Shown here piece after piece: positions 27,481 to 40,359 of a DNA stretch of 64,000 nt (its first letter is position 1; every line of letters starts with the position of its first letter). The notes beneath the pieces are model-generated. The model saw nothing but the letters and a program-made list of their open reading frames with translations. It searched no databases and was not told where the DNA came from. The DNA comes from Lama glama. Taxonomy: Eukaryota. Location of the stretch: assembly GCA_028534125.1 (NCBI GenBank), contig CM052817.1, positions 54,996,001 to 55,060,000 of the forward strand, in the 5' to 3' direction. A program made the translations under genes and the position numbers.

Positions 27481-28690
27481 TAGGGGAAGAATGTAATTTT
27501 ATGGGTGTATTCATGGTAGATAGATACACATAAACAGAGGCTGGCCATCTTATATCTTGCTATTACTTAGACCAGTCTTTCAACCGAGCTTCTCTAGATT
27601 CCTCTGTTTCTTCCTTCGATAATTTTTACGAAATATCACTGAATGTGTGGATTTTCTGTGGTTTTGATATGAAAGGTGATTTCTTCCTATGTCTGTTTCA
27701 CTCTGCGCATTCCAAAGTTAAATTACTCTCTTTTCAGTATGTTTGTTAGTTTCATGTTGGGCTTAAACCCTAAAATCTCCTCTTCAAAAATAATTATCCA
27801 TTGACATTTCACAATCATTTTAAATTTTTTATTTTTAATCTACTTTCCACACTAAGAAGCAATTTCATCCTTCCTGAAATTTTTTTCTTTTCATTTCTGT
27901 GACATTGGATTTCCTTGGTTCTTCTCTTTGTTAGATATTCCTTTTCAACCTTACACACTTGCTCTACTTTCCTCTTCCCAATTTTTGAATGTAGGCTTCC
28001 TTTCATTTGCAAGCTCTTTTAATCCCAAGACTTCAAATATTACCTTTAGGTAGCTGATGCCAAAATCTGTGCCTCTAGCCCCGGCCCATTCCTGAACTCA
28101 GACAGCCTTTCTAAAAGCCTGTTACACATTTTCTCATAAATTTCATAGATGCCATTCAAGCATTTCAAGCTCAGTTTATTCTATAGGACTCAGTTTACTT
28201 TCCATCCCGCTTTTACTTCAAGTATTATTCTATTCCCTAATTTTCCATATTATTTAATGGCATTTTATTGTACACTGTCCTGCATTTTTTTTAATGTTGT
28301 TAAGAACTGTAAGTGTTTATACCTAACTTAGAATATATGGTTACTGTCCTTCAGGTATTCAGTAAGTGATAATGACCATAATGATTTTTCTATTTATCTT
28401 CTGGCTTATTCTAAAAATAAGGTACTACAGAGTACCTATGATACGGTAAAATTAATTTTAAAAATAAAAAATGAGTTTAATTTTTGTTACATTGGTTTGA
28501 ACCATATGCCTATGGTACAAATCTCATTATAATTCTAATTTTGCTACATAAATGCCATTATAAGCAAACATTTGATGTTAACAGTTACATCTAAACTGTA
28601 ATTGAAGTCTTCCTAGTTTCAATAAGTTACACAAAATTAATAAATGAAAAATGTCAGTGGTTATAGTTTACGTAGTAGATGGATTCTAAC

Positions 28691-28928
28691 CTATATATTA
28701 GGATTGATGAATTCATTTCATTTAAATAGCTTTATTATCTTTACTTCCAAGAGTTTTCACTCATAAATATGAAGATATTCTCCTTTTCCATGTAAGATTT
28801 ATAGTTTTTGAAACTATATATTGCTCATCTTTCTTGATAGGCATTTTAAATATTTTATTCTTACTCATATTTCTGAAAATAGTCAATGTTTTGTTAGCTA
28901 TTGATTTTCAAACACTTTCAAGGTCTTG
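28691..28928 (-). pseudogene. Pseudo-exon (frame ambiguous)
   Basis: Acceptor tgttttaaatag, donor TAG|gttaga. 238 nt, phase 2->0 by length. Two frames give partly open reads (KSIANKTLTIFRNMSKNKIFKMPIKKDEQY...; ILHGKGEYLHIYE*KLLEVKIIKLFK). Confidence 0.4.
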
Positions 28929-29199
28929 CTATTTAAAACACTTTGTGAATGGGCATTATTATTAAATTTTTTATGTTTTTAATTTGTAGATTTATATTTA
29001 AAGTGATATTAAATAACTTGGCCAAACCTACATTTAGTATATGGCAGAATTGGACTTAAGATGTATCTTAAGATTCCCAGTTCAATGCTCCTTCTACTCC
29101 ATATATCAAAATATTTGGGGACATATTTTATTTCTGACCAATTTTTAGAAAAATGAAAGTCTTAAAAAAATTTGATACCGTATGAATCTGGCACCATAG

Positions 29200-29710
29200 T
29201 CAGAATAATCATACTAAATCCTAAATCTGATCATGTCACTTTACTGCTTGGTCCATTTTTGCCCTCAGATGGTCCACCTTTCTCAGCATGGGGCTCCTAA
29301 TAACTGCTCTGTGTCCTCTGGCACACACTCAGCCCCCAAGAAGTGAGCATGCTGTTATAAACTAAATGTTATCATTTCTTTAATCTTCAAGATTTTATAG
29401 CATCCAGATTATCCCTTATAGTATTTTCTTTCATGTAGAGATTTTGTTCCTACTCATTTTTATGACTGGACTCTTCAAGCCTCATTTATATATGATTTTT
29501 TTCGGGGAGGTCTTTCTTGACTTTTCTTGACTTAAATCCAGGCTAAGTATTTCTTTGGTGGGCTCTAGTAAGACTGTACTTCCTTATCATGGTGCTTCTC
29601 TCGTTTTTAATTCCCTGCTCACATTATTGAATCTTTTCCTAGATCTTGTTCAATTGTGTCCTTAGTGTCTGGCAGTACCTAAAGTAGATGCTGAATTAAT
29701 GTTCTTTGAA
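29200..29710 (+). mobile_element. L2 3' fragment
   Basis: cagaataatcatactaaatcctaaatctgatcatgtcactttactgctt ... cttagtgtctggcagtacctaaagtagatgctgaattaatgttctttgaat. Confidence 0.75.
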
Positions 29711-31424
29711 TTAATTACAACTTTCCTATTCTGCTCTAGTTTTCTCATTCAAACTCATTTAAACATTGGTAAATGCTTATAATTTTTAGCTTATTTTCAA
29801 GCTTATGATTTGACAGTTTTAAGGGTGGGTAATCTATAAGCCAGAAATCTGACATACAAGTTAGGTATTAGGAGCACATTTTGAACCAAATACAGTAGAG
29901 TCAGTATTTGTGCGTTTAACACTGGCAGCTTCTACAATGATGTGCTGATCTACCAGAAGGTTAGTATATTAACACATAACAGTTAAGAAAGGAAATGAGA
30001 GCAAATTTAATTTTAGGCTAATGTGAAGAGAGGAGTCACTTAACTAGCTATTGAGCCTACCTGACCTTGTGACTTCTGCACTTCAATGTGGCTTTATATT
30101 CCTACAATGTAACCATCATCTTTTTTCTTTTTAATTGAAGAAAAATCCAGCTCTCAGGGTTTAAGATGATTGAAACAAAATTGAAGAGGTCTGGGTTTTA
30201 GCTTAAAGGAGAAGTTTTATGAAGAAAATTATAGGGCATAGATGGTATTAACTCATCTCCAGTCATTTCTGGAAGAAATTGAATATAGATAAATTAGAGG
30301 AAAATAGTAGTATTTTAGAAAATTAATATCCACAAAAGATACTCAGATATATCAACTATAGATATCAAAAGTAATTTCACAATAGCACAGTTGTTCACTT
30401 TACCCCAGAACAGTAAATATTATAGTGAAAAAAACAAAGAGAAAAACAAAAACAGTATAATGTATTTTAATCACTTGTGTTGGGATTTTTGCTTGTTTAA
30501 AATTTTTTTTTTTGGATGGGTCTATAAGGCATTGTAAAGTCAGGAGTTAACTTAGCTGAGCCTTTCTGTATTTAAGATCACTTTCCTAATTCCCTCCTGT
30601 CTCTTTTCTGTCTTCATTCCCTTGCTCAGTAAACTATTTTTCCACCAACACTTTAGCTACAAGTCCATCTCTGGATCTAGACTCTCTCTGCTAGCTGATG
30701 TTCTGAATAAAAATCATCAATTTCTTTCTCTACCATTGAAACATGCTTTTCATTCCTTATTTCTTCTCTTGCCCAATAAAATCATCATTTACTCAGTTAT
30801 TCAGATTATAAATTGTGATACTATCCTCGGTTCTCAATCTTCTGCTTACAATTAATCAGCAAATAATTTCATCAGTACAACCCTAAATTTTGTCTCATAT
30901 ATGTCTCCTTTCTAAGATTCTGGTTGCTAAAATCCATCAACCTTAGAATCTTTCTTTTGAACAGCTACCATAATTTTTTACTAAGTTGTTTTCCTGTTGC
31001 TTTTTTCTTTCAATTTCAGCCTCTACATTAATTACAGATTTACCAGACAGCTTCCATTTTAAAAACTTGCTAAAATTTCATTTGGCTAGTAGTCTCTAAC
31101 TCTTTCTCAAATGACTAACAGACAACAAAAAGTGCCATTTGAAATCAGCCTAGTAATGAAATCTTCAAGAAATTTATGTGAAATACATAAAGTAATGGAA
31201 CTAGAAGGAAAGAAACAGTTGAGGATACATGAATGCTCTTCTTAATAAAACAGATTACAAAAAAAAGATAAAAAGGAAATAAACCAAAGACAAAAAAGGC
31301 AGATAGATAAAAGTCAAATATTTAGTTGGATGCCCCTGAAACATCTCATGTGGTATTGCTTTTTCTGGTGACCACTGAATTTTTCCTCTGCCAGTAATTC
31401 ACACCTCTTAATTTATTCAGATAC

Positions 31425-31515
31425 CTCAAGTTTTGGCAAGTAAAAAGGCATTAAGAGGTGACTGGGTCAGGGATTATAGGTAGAAATATATTCCAACTTG
31501 GACAAGGTTTATTAA
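31425..31515 (-). pseudogene. Pseudo-exon
   Basis: Acceptor tttaatctttag, donor GAG|gtatct. 91 nt, phase 1->2. NKPCPSWNIFLPIIPDPVTS*CLFTCQNL. Confidence 0.4.
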
Positions 31516-31834
31516 CTAAAGATTAAATTCAACATGTTAAGTGGTGAATGTGAAAGAAATAGAATGGATTCGCATAGAAATGCAGACTTTAGAACACCAA
31601 AAACTGTACTTTAAAATTAAAAGAATGTTACTATCACACACCGATTCAGCACTTCTACATTAAGTGAAAAAATGCTAGGTATTAGAAACTGGGTTAGGAA
31701 AGATGCACATGACAAGTTATTAATTTGACAAAAGCTTTCATCAATTGATCAAAAATACAATGAGGACAGAAAATAGTCGATACACCTTCTCTGTTTTCAA
31801 AATTTGAGCCATATTTGAGAATGAGCTAATATAG

Positions 31835-32019
31835 CAGTTGACCCATGAACTTGGGGGTTATGGGGCTCTGACCCTCTACACAGAAAAATCTGTGGTTCTG
31901 TATCTGCAGATTCAACCAACCATGGACTGTGTAGTACTGTAGTATGTACTTGGTGAAAAAAAAATCTGAGTAAAAGTGGACCTGTGCAGTTCAAACCTGT
32001 ATTTTTCAAGGGTCAACTG
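31835..32019. mobile_element. Tigger2-type non-autonomous DNA transposon (TcMar-Tigger MITE)
   Basis: Terminal inverted repeats CAGTTGACCCATGAAC / TTCAAGGGTCAACTG, with TA on the right flank. Confidence 0.9.
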
Positions 32020-32054
32020 TAGAAAAAAGAAACAAAAGCAAACAAAAAATAAAT

Positions 32055-32805
32055 GAAGGATGTCAGTAAAAATGGCAGAGTAAGGGAATGCAAATATCTG
32101 CCTCTCCATAGAGGCAATGAAAAAATTAGCAAAAACTGCAAAAGTCAACTTTTTTGGAACTCTGGAAACTAATCAAAAGCTTGCAGCAATTTGCGAAGTG
32201 CTTGTTCAAGAAAAATGGCTGAATCTCTGCAAGAATACTAAGACTTGTTAGCATGTTACCTTATACTAGTCCCTTTCCTGACTTCCCATCTTAGAAATAC
32301 AGTTGAAAGTAATTATATTCCCTGATTTAGAACTCATCTTGCACAAAATCATTATCTGTGAGACATTTGTCAAAACATTTGCAGGTAGATAGTTTAATCA
32401 CTGAGGCAGTGGATAGAAATTTTGGCAAAGACTAACTAAGAATCTTGGAAGAAAAGACTAGGAATGAAATGCTTTGGTGGAATATGGACTTTGAAAAACT
32501 GACATATTCCTGGGAATCTAGAGAGCCACATGCATACCCTGTGTATGCTCAGGAAAGACATAAGATCCCAAGCATTCACCTCTATCCAACCTTGAGGCTC
32601 TCTGCAAGCAACACTTGAAGACTAAAGTAGAGTTGTAAACTGCCTGCCTGTGTGTGTGTTGAAGGTGTACACACAACACATTTGCAGACTACAAAGACTA
32701 GGAAATGTTTTCATTCCAGGCATATAAGAATATCTGTCTGATTATTAGCTGACCACTAAGTTAATGGAGCAGAGACTTCAGTGACTACACATGACAAGGA
32801 ACACA
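32055..32805 (+). mobile_element. Old L1 (L1M4/L1MC-type) 5' end
   Basis: gtaaaaatggcagagtaaggga...caacttttttggaactctggaaactaatcaaaagcttgcagcaat is typical of ancient L1 5' regions. Confidence 0.75.
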
Positions 32806-33311
32806 TATCTTTGGGAGGTCATAATTCAGTCTAAATGAACAGCTTTCCTGTTTACCCTCTACCTTCAGGTAAATGAAATTGTAACACAATACAGTTAAGA
32901 AGTTAGTGGCCTAAACGTTAACAGTCTTCTGCAAATTTATTTCTCTGTCGTTTAGTTAAATGAGTAAGAGAGAACCACAGCCAAATAAATACAATAATCA
33001 AATATTCCAGGATACTCCAATATAGAAAGATAACAAAATAAATTTAAAATCCCAAAAGATAAGGCAAACTTGGCTTTTCCACTTGCAGGAATTCTACCGT
33101 AGTCAAGTGATTTATTTACCCCAAGCCTCAGTATTCTCATCTTTTGACAACGTGGAGAGGGATCATTTATACATTCCTTAAAGGTTTGCTGCAGTAACTA
33201 AATAAGTCAATGGCACAAAGACTGACACAGAGAAAATGTATTATTAGTATTTTGATAATCATTATATTTTCTAAAGATACTTAATTATTAGAGATTTGTG
33301 TAAATACTTAC

Positions 33312-33504
33312 TAACAAGAAACATTTGGAAAAAAAGAAGGGATTTCATGTATTTCTATTTTTTTTAATGCTGTTTTATTCTATAAAGGAATTCCTATCTA
33401 TACTTCCCTCACAGTATGTGGTCCAGCATCTACTGCTGAGTAGAGGGGAAATCTTCTACAGCTATATTAACATCATATGGCCAATAAGGGTTATTTTTTT
33501 CACT
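33312..33504 (-). pseudogene. Pseudo-exon
   Basis: Acceptor ttatgactacag, strong donor TTA|gtaagt. 193 nt, phase 0->1. SEKNNPYWPYDVNIAVEDFPSTQQ*MLDHIL*GKYR*EFLYRIKQH*. Confidence 0.55.
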
Positions 33505-34328
33505 CTGTAGTCATAATTTATTACATTGGCTTTTTATTAGTTTGAAGAAGTCAATACTAACATTCCCAATGCACTAATATAGTCAAGCTCATTGTTGGGA
33601 AATAGATATGAAGTTCTCAGTGAATAATGTTCTATAAACATAATTTGATGATGTTTTAATAGCAAAGGCTTGGTGATAATTATGCTTTCCAATGTGCTGA
33701 GTAGAGAACTCTTTAATGTCTTGTGCTCCTGAGGTCTTAACTCTGCAATATGACTCTAGCTAAATATCTGGCAGCAAGTCACCACAAGGAAGTTAACCGT
33801 ATGCTTTCTATGTGAGTATGCATGTATTTTCCAAGTGTTGAACCATTTTGTCTTATTTCTAATTGATACAGTGGTGACACCACTTAATTATATGCTTATC
33901 AAGAATTAATATGATAGCAGCTGCCATAGACACTGCAATGGTAGTAGATAATTTCCTGCAACATTATTTACACTTGTTGCATTTAAGTTTCTCAAATAAA
34001 CTTTCTAATGAAGTTTTAATGTAAAATCTTAAAACTTAGTCACTGAAGTAAGAAAACCAATTATTTATCAAAGTTGACACTTGATGTTATATTGGGAATC
34101 TAAAGAAAAGTTCTAATCTTTAAAACAATTTTATCTATCTGTCTATATCTACATACACACATATTAAAGATGTTACATTAATATATGTATATACAAATTA
34201 ATGTAACATTTTAAATTTAAATTCCTTTTATCATTTAACCATACATTACCCAGTTAACTTCTCATAAAAGCACTTTTGCCAACTATTAAAACAGTATCTA
34301 TCCAAAAATAAAATTGAAACTAATTTAC

Positions 34329-34501
34329 TGTCCTTTGATAAACACAACTTCTAATTACTTCAAGTAACAAAGGAAGCTCTCTTATCTAATAATTTTAAAA
34401 GATATCAAACTCTATCTTTAAATTCTAAAAATGTTTTATCTGCTTCCTCTAGGTCCTTAACTTTATACTACAATTCTTTCCTTACATTTGAGCACAATAG
34501 C
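34329..34501 (-). pseudogene. Pseudo-exon (one frameshift)
   Basis: Acceptor tgtttttag, donor ACA|gtaaat. LLCSNVRKEL*YKVKDLEEADKTFLEFKDRV*YLLKLLD, then after a shift IRELPLLLEVIRSCVYQRT (phase-0 end). Confidence 0.5.
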
Positions 34502-34539
34502 CTAAAAACATTTTTCTTTTAATTGACCAAAAACATAAT

Positions 34540-36380
34540 TTTTCAAAGTAATAATAGTAACAATGTATTGGGTGGTCTAACACATGGATAAGTGAAATGA
34601 GTGACAGCAATGTCACAAAAATGGGGAAGGAGGAATTGGGAATACTCCACTATCAAGTACCTTCTATACACATGAAGTGGTATAGTGTTATATGAGGGTA
34701 GACTTAGATTAGATAAAAATTTACACTGGAAACTTTATGACAAACACTAGAAAATAATATCATAATGGATATATAAAGAGAGTATGCAAAATTGAATTCA
34801 TATAAAATGCTTGATTAAACCGGGAAAGGCTGAAAAAGAAGACATGAACAAATGCAACAAATAAGCAGGTACAAACCTAGTGGATATTAATCCTACCATG
34901 TCAATTATCATTTTAAGTAAATGGTCTAAATGCAGCAATCAACAGATAGAATGACAGAACTAATTAAAAATAAGGTACCTAACTATATACCACATACAAG
35001 CAAATATAAATATTAACACTCAAATTCACATAGGTTTTAAGCAAAGGGTTGGAAAATATACATTATAAACAAATCAAAAGAAAGTGGAATTAGCCATTCT
35101 AATTTCAAACAAAGCGTTATTTCCAGAGTATTTCCAAGAAGTAAAATTATCAGAGATAAAGAAGTGTATTACATAATAATAAAGAGGTCAATTATCCAAT
35201 AAGACAATTTTAAGTCTGTATGGACCTAAGAACAGAGCATCAAAAAGATGAAACAAAAACTATAGAACGAAAAAGAGATAGACAAATCTACTTTACCTGG
35301 GACTTCAACAGACCTCTTTCAGCCATTGCTATGTCAAGCAGATAAAGTCAGTAAGGATATAGTTGACTGAGTAAGACAATAGATCCACTCAATCTAATTA
35401 ACATTTACAGAATACTTCCAACAACAGTAGAATATATTCTTTTTAAACTCACATGTAATAATCACCAGGATGAACCACATTCCGTGCCATAAATCACAAC
35501 TTAAGAAATTTAAAGGATACATAAATTAAGAGTTTGGGATTAGCAGATACAAGCTACCATGTATAGAATAGATAGACAGCAAGGTCCTACTGTGTTTCAC
35601 AGAGAACTATATTCAATATCCTTTTATAAACCATAATGGAAATACATATGAAAAAGAGTGTATATATATTTATATATAACTGAATCAGTTTGCTGAACAG
35701 CAGAAACCAACACAACATTAATTCAATCAAGAAAACTTTAAAAATAAATTTAAAGGCAACAAACCATACAAAATTATGTTCTCAAACTACAAGGGAATTA
35801 AACTAAAAATTATTAAGACAGACCAGCAGAAAACCTCCAACTATTTGGAGATCAAACACATGTCTATGTAACATGAAGAACAAAAAAGTCAAGAAAAATT
35901 TCAAAATATATGAGTAAGTTATATAATAATAAAAATACAGAATTATTGGATAGAGCAAAAATATTATGTAGAAAAAAATTACAAGATTATATTCATATAA
36001 ACATTAGAAAAAATATAAAAATCTATAACCTATGCTTCCATCTTAGGTTAGTAGGAAAAGGAGAGTTATTTAAGACTAAGATAAGCATTTGAAATACAGT
36101 TAAAGAAGAAATTAATGATATTGAAAATAGGAAAATAGAGGGAAAAAATCAATAAACCCTAAAGCTGGGTGTTCAAAACAGCAACGAAATTGATAAACTT
36201 TAGTTAGGCCAAACAAGAAACAAAAGAGAAAGCACAGATTAACAATATTAGAAATGAGATAGGGGTAACACGACTGACCCCATGGATATTATAAAGAAAA
36301 TAAGAGAATATGATGAGCCAACTCAATGGGTACAAATTTGTAACTTAGATGAAATGGACTCATTTCTTCAAAGATACACA
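34540..36380 (+). mobile_element. Old L1 (L1MC-type) inter-ORF plus 5' ORF2 fragment
   Basis: Inter-ORF text (acatgaagtggtatagtgttat) and endonuclease-domain text (gggacttcaacagacctctttcagc); interrupted by a younger L1 tail. Confidence 0.85.
35517..35745 (+). mobile_element. 5'-truncated younger L1 3' tail nested in older L1
   Basis: gagtttgggattagcagatacaagctac...; TSD AAATTTAAAGG at 35506-35516 and 35746-35756. Confidence 0.9.
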
Positions 36381-36384
36381 AAAA

Positions 36385-38945
36385 TAACTTTTAGTGAGGA
36401 TAGCCACACCAAACAGACTGCCCATAGTAAATAACTTACTACAACAGAAGGACCCATAGGGGGCACCTCTAGATCATGTGTCTGGTGACCAGGGGCAAGT
36501 GTGATGTTGGGATGCATAAGTCATCTCCTACAAAAGGCCACTTCTCAAATGTTATGAAACAAAACCAAATTCCCAATTCATAGAAATAAAAACAGAAAAT
36601 TATACAAAATGAGGTGACAGAGAAATATGTTCCAAATGAAGAAGCAAGGTAAAACACCAGAAAAACTAAGTGAGGTGGATATAAGCAATCTACCTGATAA
36701 AGAATTCTAACAATTATAAAGATGTTCTGAAGAACTCAAAAGAAGATTGTTAAAAACTTCTAATGTCTCATTCATTCAAAGGATTAGAAAATATGAAGAA
36801 CAAAACAAATGAAGAATACAGTAACTGAAACAAAAAATACCCTAGAAGAAATCAATAGATTAGATACAGAGCAACAGATTAGTGAGCTGGAAGACAGAAC
36901 TGTAGAAATCACTGAAGCTGAAAAGAGAACCAACAACTAAAAAGGAAATAACAGTTTAAGAGACTTTTATGACAATATGAAGTATACTTACATTTGTACT
37001 GTGGAGGTCCCAGAAGGAAGAGAGAGATAAAGGAGGAGCAAAAAACATATTTGAAGATGTAATGGCTGAAAACTTTCCTAACTGGGAAAAGGAGACACCC
37101 AGGTCTAGGTAGTACAGAGAGTCCCCAATAGGATAAACTCTAAGAGGACCACACCCAAGACACATTGTTAATATATAGATAGCTATATATAAACCTCATG
37201 GTGACCACAAACTAAAAATCTGTGATAAATACAAACAAAAAAATAAGATAATTATAAATTAAGATTAAAGATAGTCATCAAATCACAAGGGAAGACAGCA
37301 AGAACAGAACAGAAATAAAAAACTCAAAATCAATTTTAAAATGTCAATAAGTAGATATCCATCAATTACCACTTGAAATATCAATGGACTAACCAAGGCT
37401 CCAATCAAAAGAGGATGGCTGAATGGATTCAAAAGCAAGACCCATATACATGCTGTCTATAAGAGACTCACTTCAGATCTAAAGATACACATAGACTGAA
37501 ATTGAAGGGAGGGAATAAAGTATTCCATGAAAATGGAAATGAAAAGAAAGATTAGCAACACTCATATCAGACACAATATGCTTTAAAACAAAGACTGAAG
37601 AAACAAAGACAGATATTACATAATGATCAAGGGATAAATCTAATATGATAAAACAATGAATATATATACACCCAACATAGAAATACCCAAATATATAATG
37701 CACATATTAGTAGATAAAGGGAGAAAACTGAAAGTAACACAGTAACAGTCGCGGATGTTAACATCTTATTTACATCAATTGGCAGGTCATCTAGGCAGAA
37801 AATCAGTAAGAAAACACACCTTAAACAATGTAAGACCAATAAAACTTCATAGATATATAGAACATTCCATTCAAAAGCTGCAGAATACATTCTTTTCAAG
37901 CACACGTGAAACATTCTTCAGGACAGATCACATGCTAGGTCTCTCACACACACACACACACACACACACAAACTCAGTAAATTTATCAAAATTGAAATCA
38001 TATCAAGCATCTTTTCTGACCATAAAGCTACAGAACTAAACATCAACTACAAAAGAACTGCCAAAAAAACACAAACATGTGGAGGCTAAACAATATACTT
38101 CTATACAACCAATAGATCCCTGAAGCAATCAAAGAAGAAATAAAAATATATACCTTGAGACAAATGAAAAGGAAAATAACAACCCCAAATCTATGGAAAA
38201 CAGCAAAAACTGTTATAAAAGAGAAGTTTATAGTGATACAAGCCTACCTGAGGAAAAAAAAAATCTCAAATAAACTGCCTAATTTCACAGCTAAAGTAAC
38301 TTGAAAAAGAAAAAAAAATCCCAAATTTAGTGGAAAGCGGTCATAAAGATCAGGAGAAGTAAATTGAGACTAAAAAAACAGAAAAGTTCAATGAAACCAA
38401 AGACTATTTTTTTGAAAAGGTAAACAAAATTGATAAATTTTTAGCCAGATTCACCAAGAAAAAAAAGAGGGCTCAAATCAATAAATGAGAAATAAAAAAG
38501 GCGAAGTTATAACTGACACCACAGAAACAACAGGGGATCAAAAGAGATTAATACAAACAACTATATGCAAGAAATGGACAAATTATTCGAAATATGCAAT
38601 CTACCAAGACTGAACCAGTAACAGAAAACCTAAACAGACCAATTATGAGAAATGAAATTGAATCAGTAATAAAACAAATCCCAATAAACCAACATCCAGG
38701 ACCAGAAAGCTCATAGGTAAACTCTATTGAACATTTAGAGAACAGTTAATACCTATTCTTCTCAAACTATTCTACAAAATTGCAGAGAAATAAGTGTTTC
38801 CAAAATCATTTCATGGGGCCAGCATCACTGTCGTATCAAAACCAAAGACATCAAATACACCTACACAAAATTTACAGGCCAATAGCACGGGTGAACATAC
38901 ATGCAAACATACTCAACAAAATATTAACAAATTGAATTCAAATAC
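36385..38945 (+). mobile_element. L1 fragment: partial 5'UTR, deleted ORF1, 5' half of ORF2
   Basis: ORF1 ATG at 36609; the TPRHIV motif at about 37150-37170 is fused to the inter-ORF spacer; ORF2 endonuclease text follows; ends before the RT core. Confidence 0.92.
37945..37970 (+). repeat. (CA)13 microsatellite inside L1 ORF2
   Basis: Direct read of the sequence. Confidence 0.95.
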
Positions 38946-39406
38946 CTAATTTAGAGTTAACTCAAACCATGAAATTAAAAAAAACTGATTTTTAAACACT
39001 ATAAATTCAGTGTTATCTTAATACTAGCATATTTAAGAAAGGTAATTCAGAAGAAATGTTTTTCTATATCAGATAAAAAATTGCTTAAAATCTCATTTTT
39101 GTATATATTTTAAGCTTTAACTTCCATAATTAGAAGAATATTTGGAATTTAGCATTACTTTGAAGTAAAATTCTAGAAAATAGAGATCAACATTCCTAAA
39201 TCTTGGCCTTCAAATACATTGGAATAAGGAAAGTAGATTTAAGTTCAATGTCTACCAAAAGTTTAAAGCCTCATTTAACTTAGAGCTAGTTTTATGTGAA
39301 CTTGACTCTCATTGAGGGGAAGGAAGGTTGAATTTTGTCAGTTTTTTCCCCACTGTTTCACCTGCATATGTTGTTTCATATGACTGATTTTAAAACCTCC
39401 TTTAAA

Positions 39407-39577
39407 CAGTATTTCCCAAAATTCCTTAATAGGAGTCACCTGGGTAATTAAAAAATGTAAACACCTGGGAGAAGCCCCAGGCCTCATAAATCACAGGTAA
39501 GAGGGAATCTGCAAAGCTATATATTTAACCAATGCCCCAAATGATTCTCATCATCAAGGCAAGTTTGGTAAATACTT
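39407..39577. mobile_element. MER5-type hAT-Charlie MITE
   Basis: Inverted ends CAGTATTTCCCAAA / TTTGGTAAATACTT; internal gagtcacctggg and ccccaaatgattct. Confidence 0.8.
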
Positions 39578-39629
39578 CTATGAAAGTGCTAAAATGAAAT
39601 CAAACATTTAGAAATATTTTATCTCTAAC

Positions 39630-39890
39630 AAATTCATATTTCTGAAACTGTAAGGCACTGGTTTATTTTTCTTATGGATGGTGATCTGACACAGCTAATT
39701 TAGCGGAATTTTAAGAGATTTTTATGCTTTTTCGTGAGAGATAAAATAATCTTTGGCATTTGTATATTTTTTCCTCCACTACTTTATTTTACTGTTGTGT
39801 CAAGGTTAGGTTTTCCAAAACTCATATTTATAAAAGTACTGAGAATTATATATTTCATTTTTTCTTTCCATTCCTTATACAGTTTTCACC
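39630..39890 (-). pseudogene. Pseudo-exon (3' boundary and frame uncertain)
   Basis: Acceptor ttactgaattaaattacag. Phase-2 join gives (E)VKTV*GMERKNEIYNSQYFYKYEFWKT; a second frame is largely open downstream (IQMPKIILSLTKKHKNLLKFR). Confidence 0.35.
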
Positions 39891-40072
39891 CTGTAATTTA
39901 ATTCAGTAAGATTAATATTTCATTCTACTTAAATTTTAAATGTTTCATATTTTATATTATATAATTTACATTTAATAACTTTTTTTTATTTATACATACA
40001 CAAATATGTGTATTTTCCTTCCATTAGCTAGATGAAAATGCACAAAGATTTTCTATTGGTTATTGAACTTAC

Positions 40073-40142
40073 TCTAATAGTTCCTCCCAGAATATAGAAC
40101 CCAGAAACAGTTAACGTGAGTTAGTGTAAAATGATTGATTTA
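40073..40142 (-). pseudogene. Pseudo-exon with strong splice sites
   Basis: Acceptor gttgttttattttaacag, donor AGA|gtaagt. 70 nt, phase 1->2. NQSFYTNSR*LFLGSIFWEELL. Confidence 0.55.
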
Positions 40143-40359
40143 CTGTTAAAATAAAACAACATGATGAAAAGTAGATTTAAAATTCTCGAAAGTCTATGTT
40201 AAAATAAGAGAAAGTAACACTATTGTTTAGGCTTGTATATGCTTCTTAACACATGCATTTTTAAAAGAGCATTTTTCTTTGGTTAGTTAAGTAATATCTT
40301 TTTAAGTTATAGAAGTATGTGTGGTTGTTAAAGATTAAACTAATTTAGAATAAAAGAAA

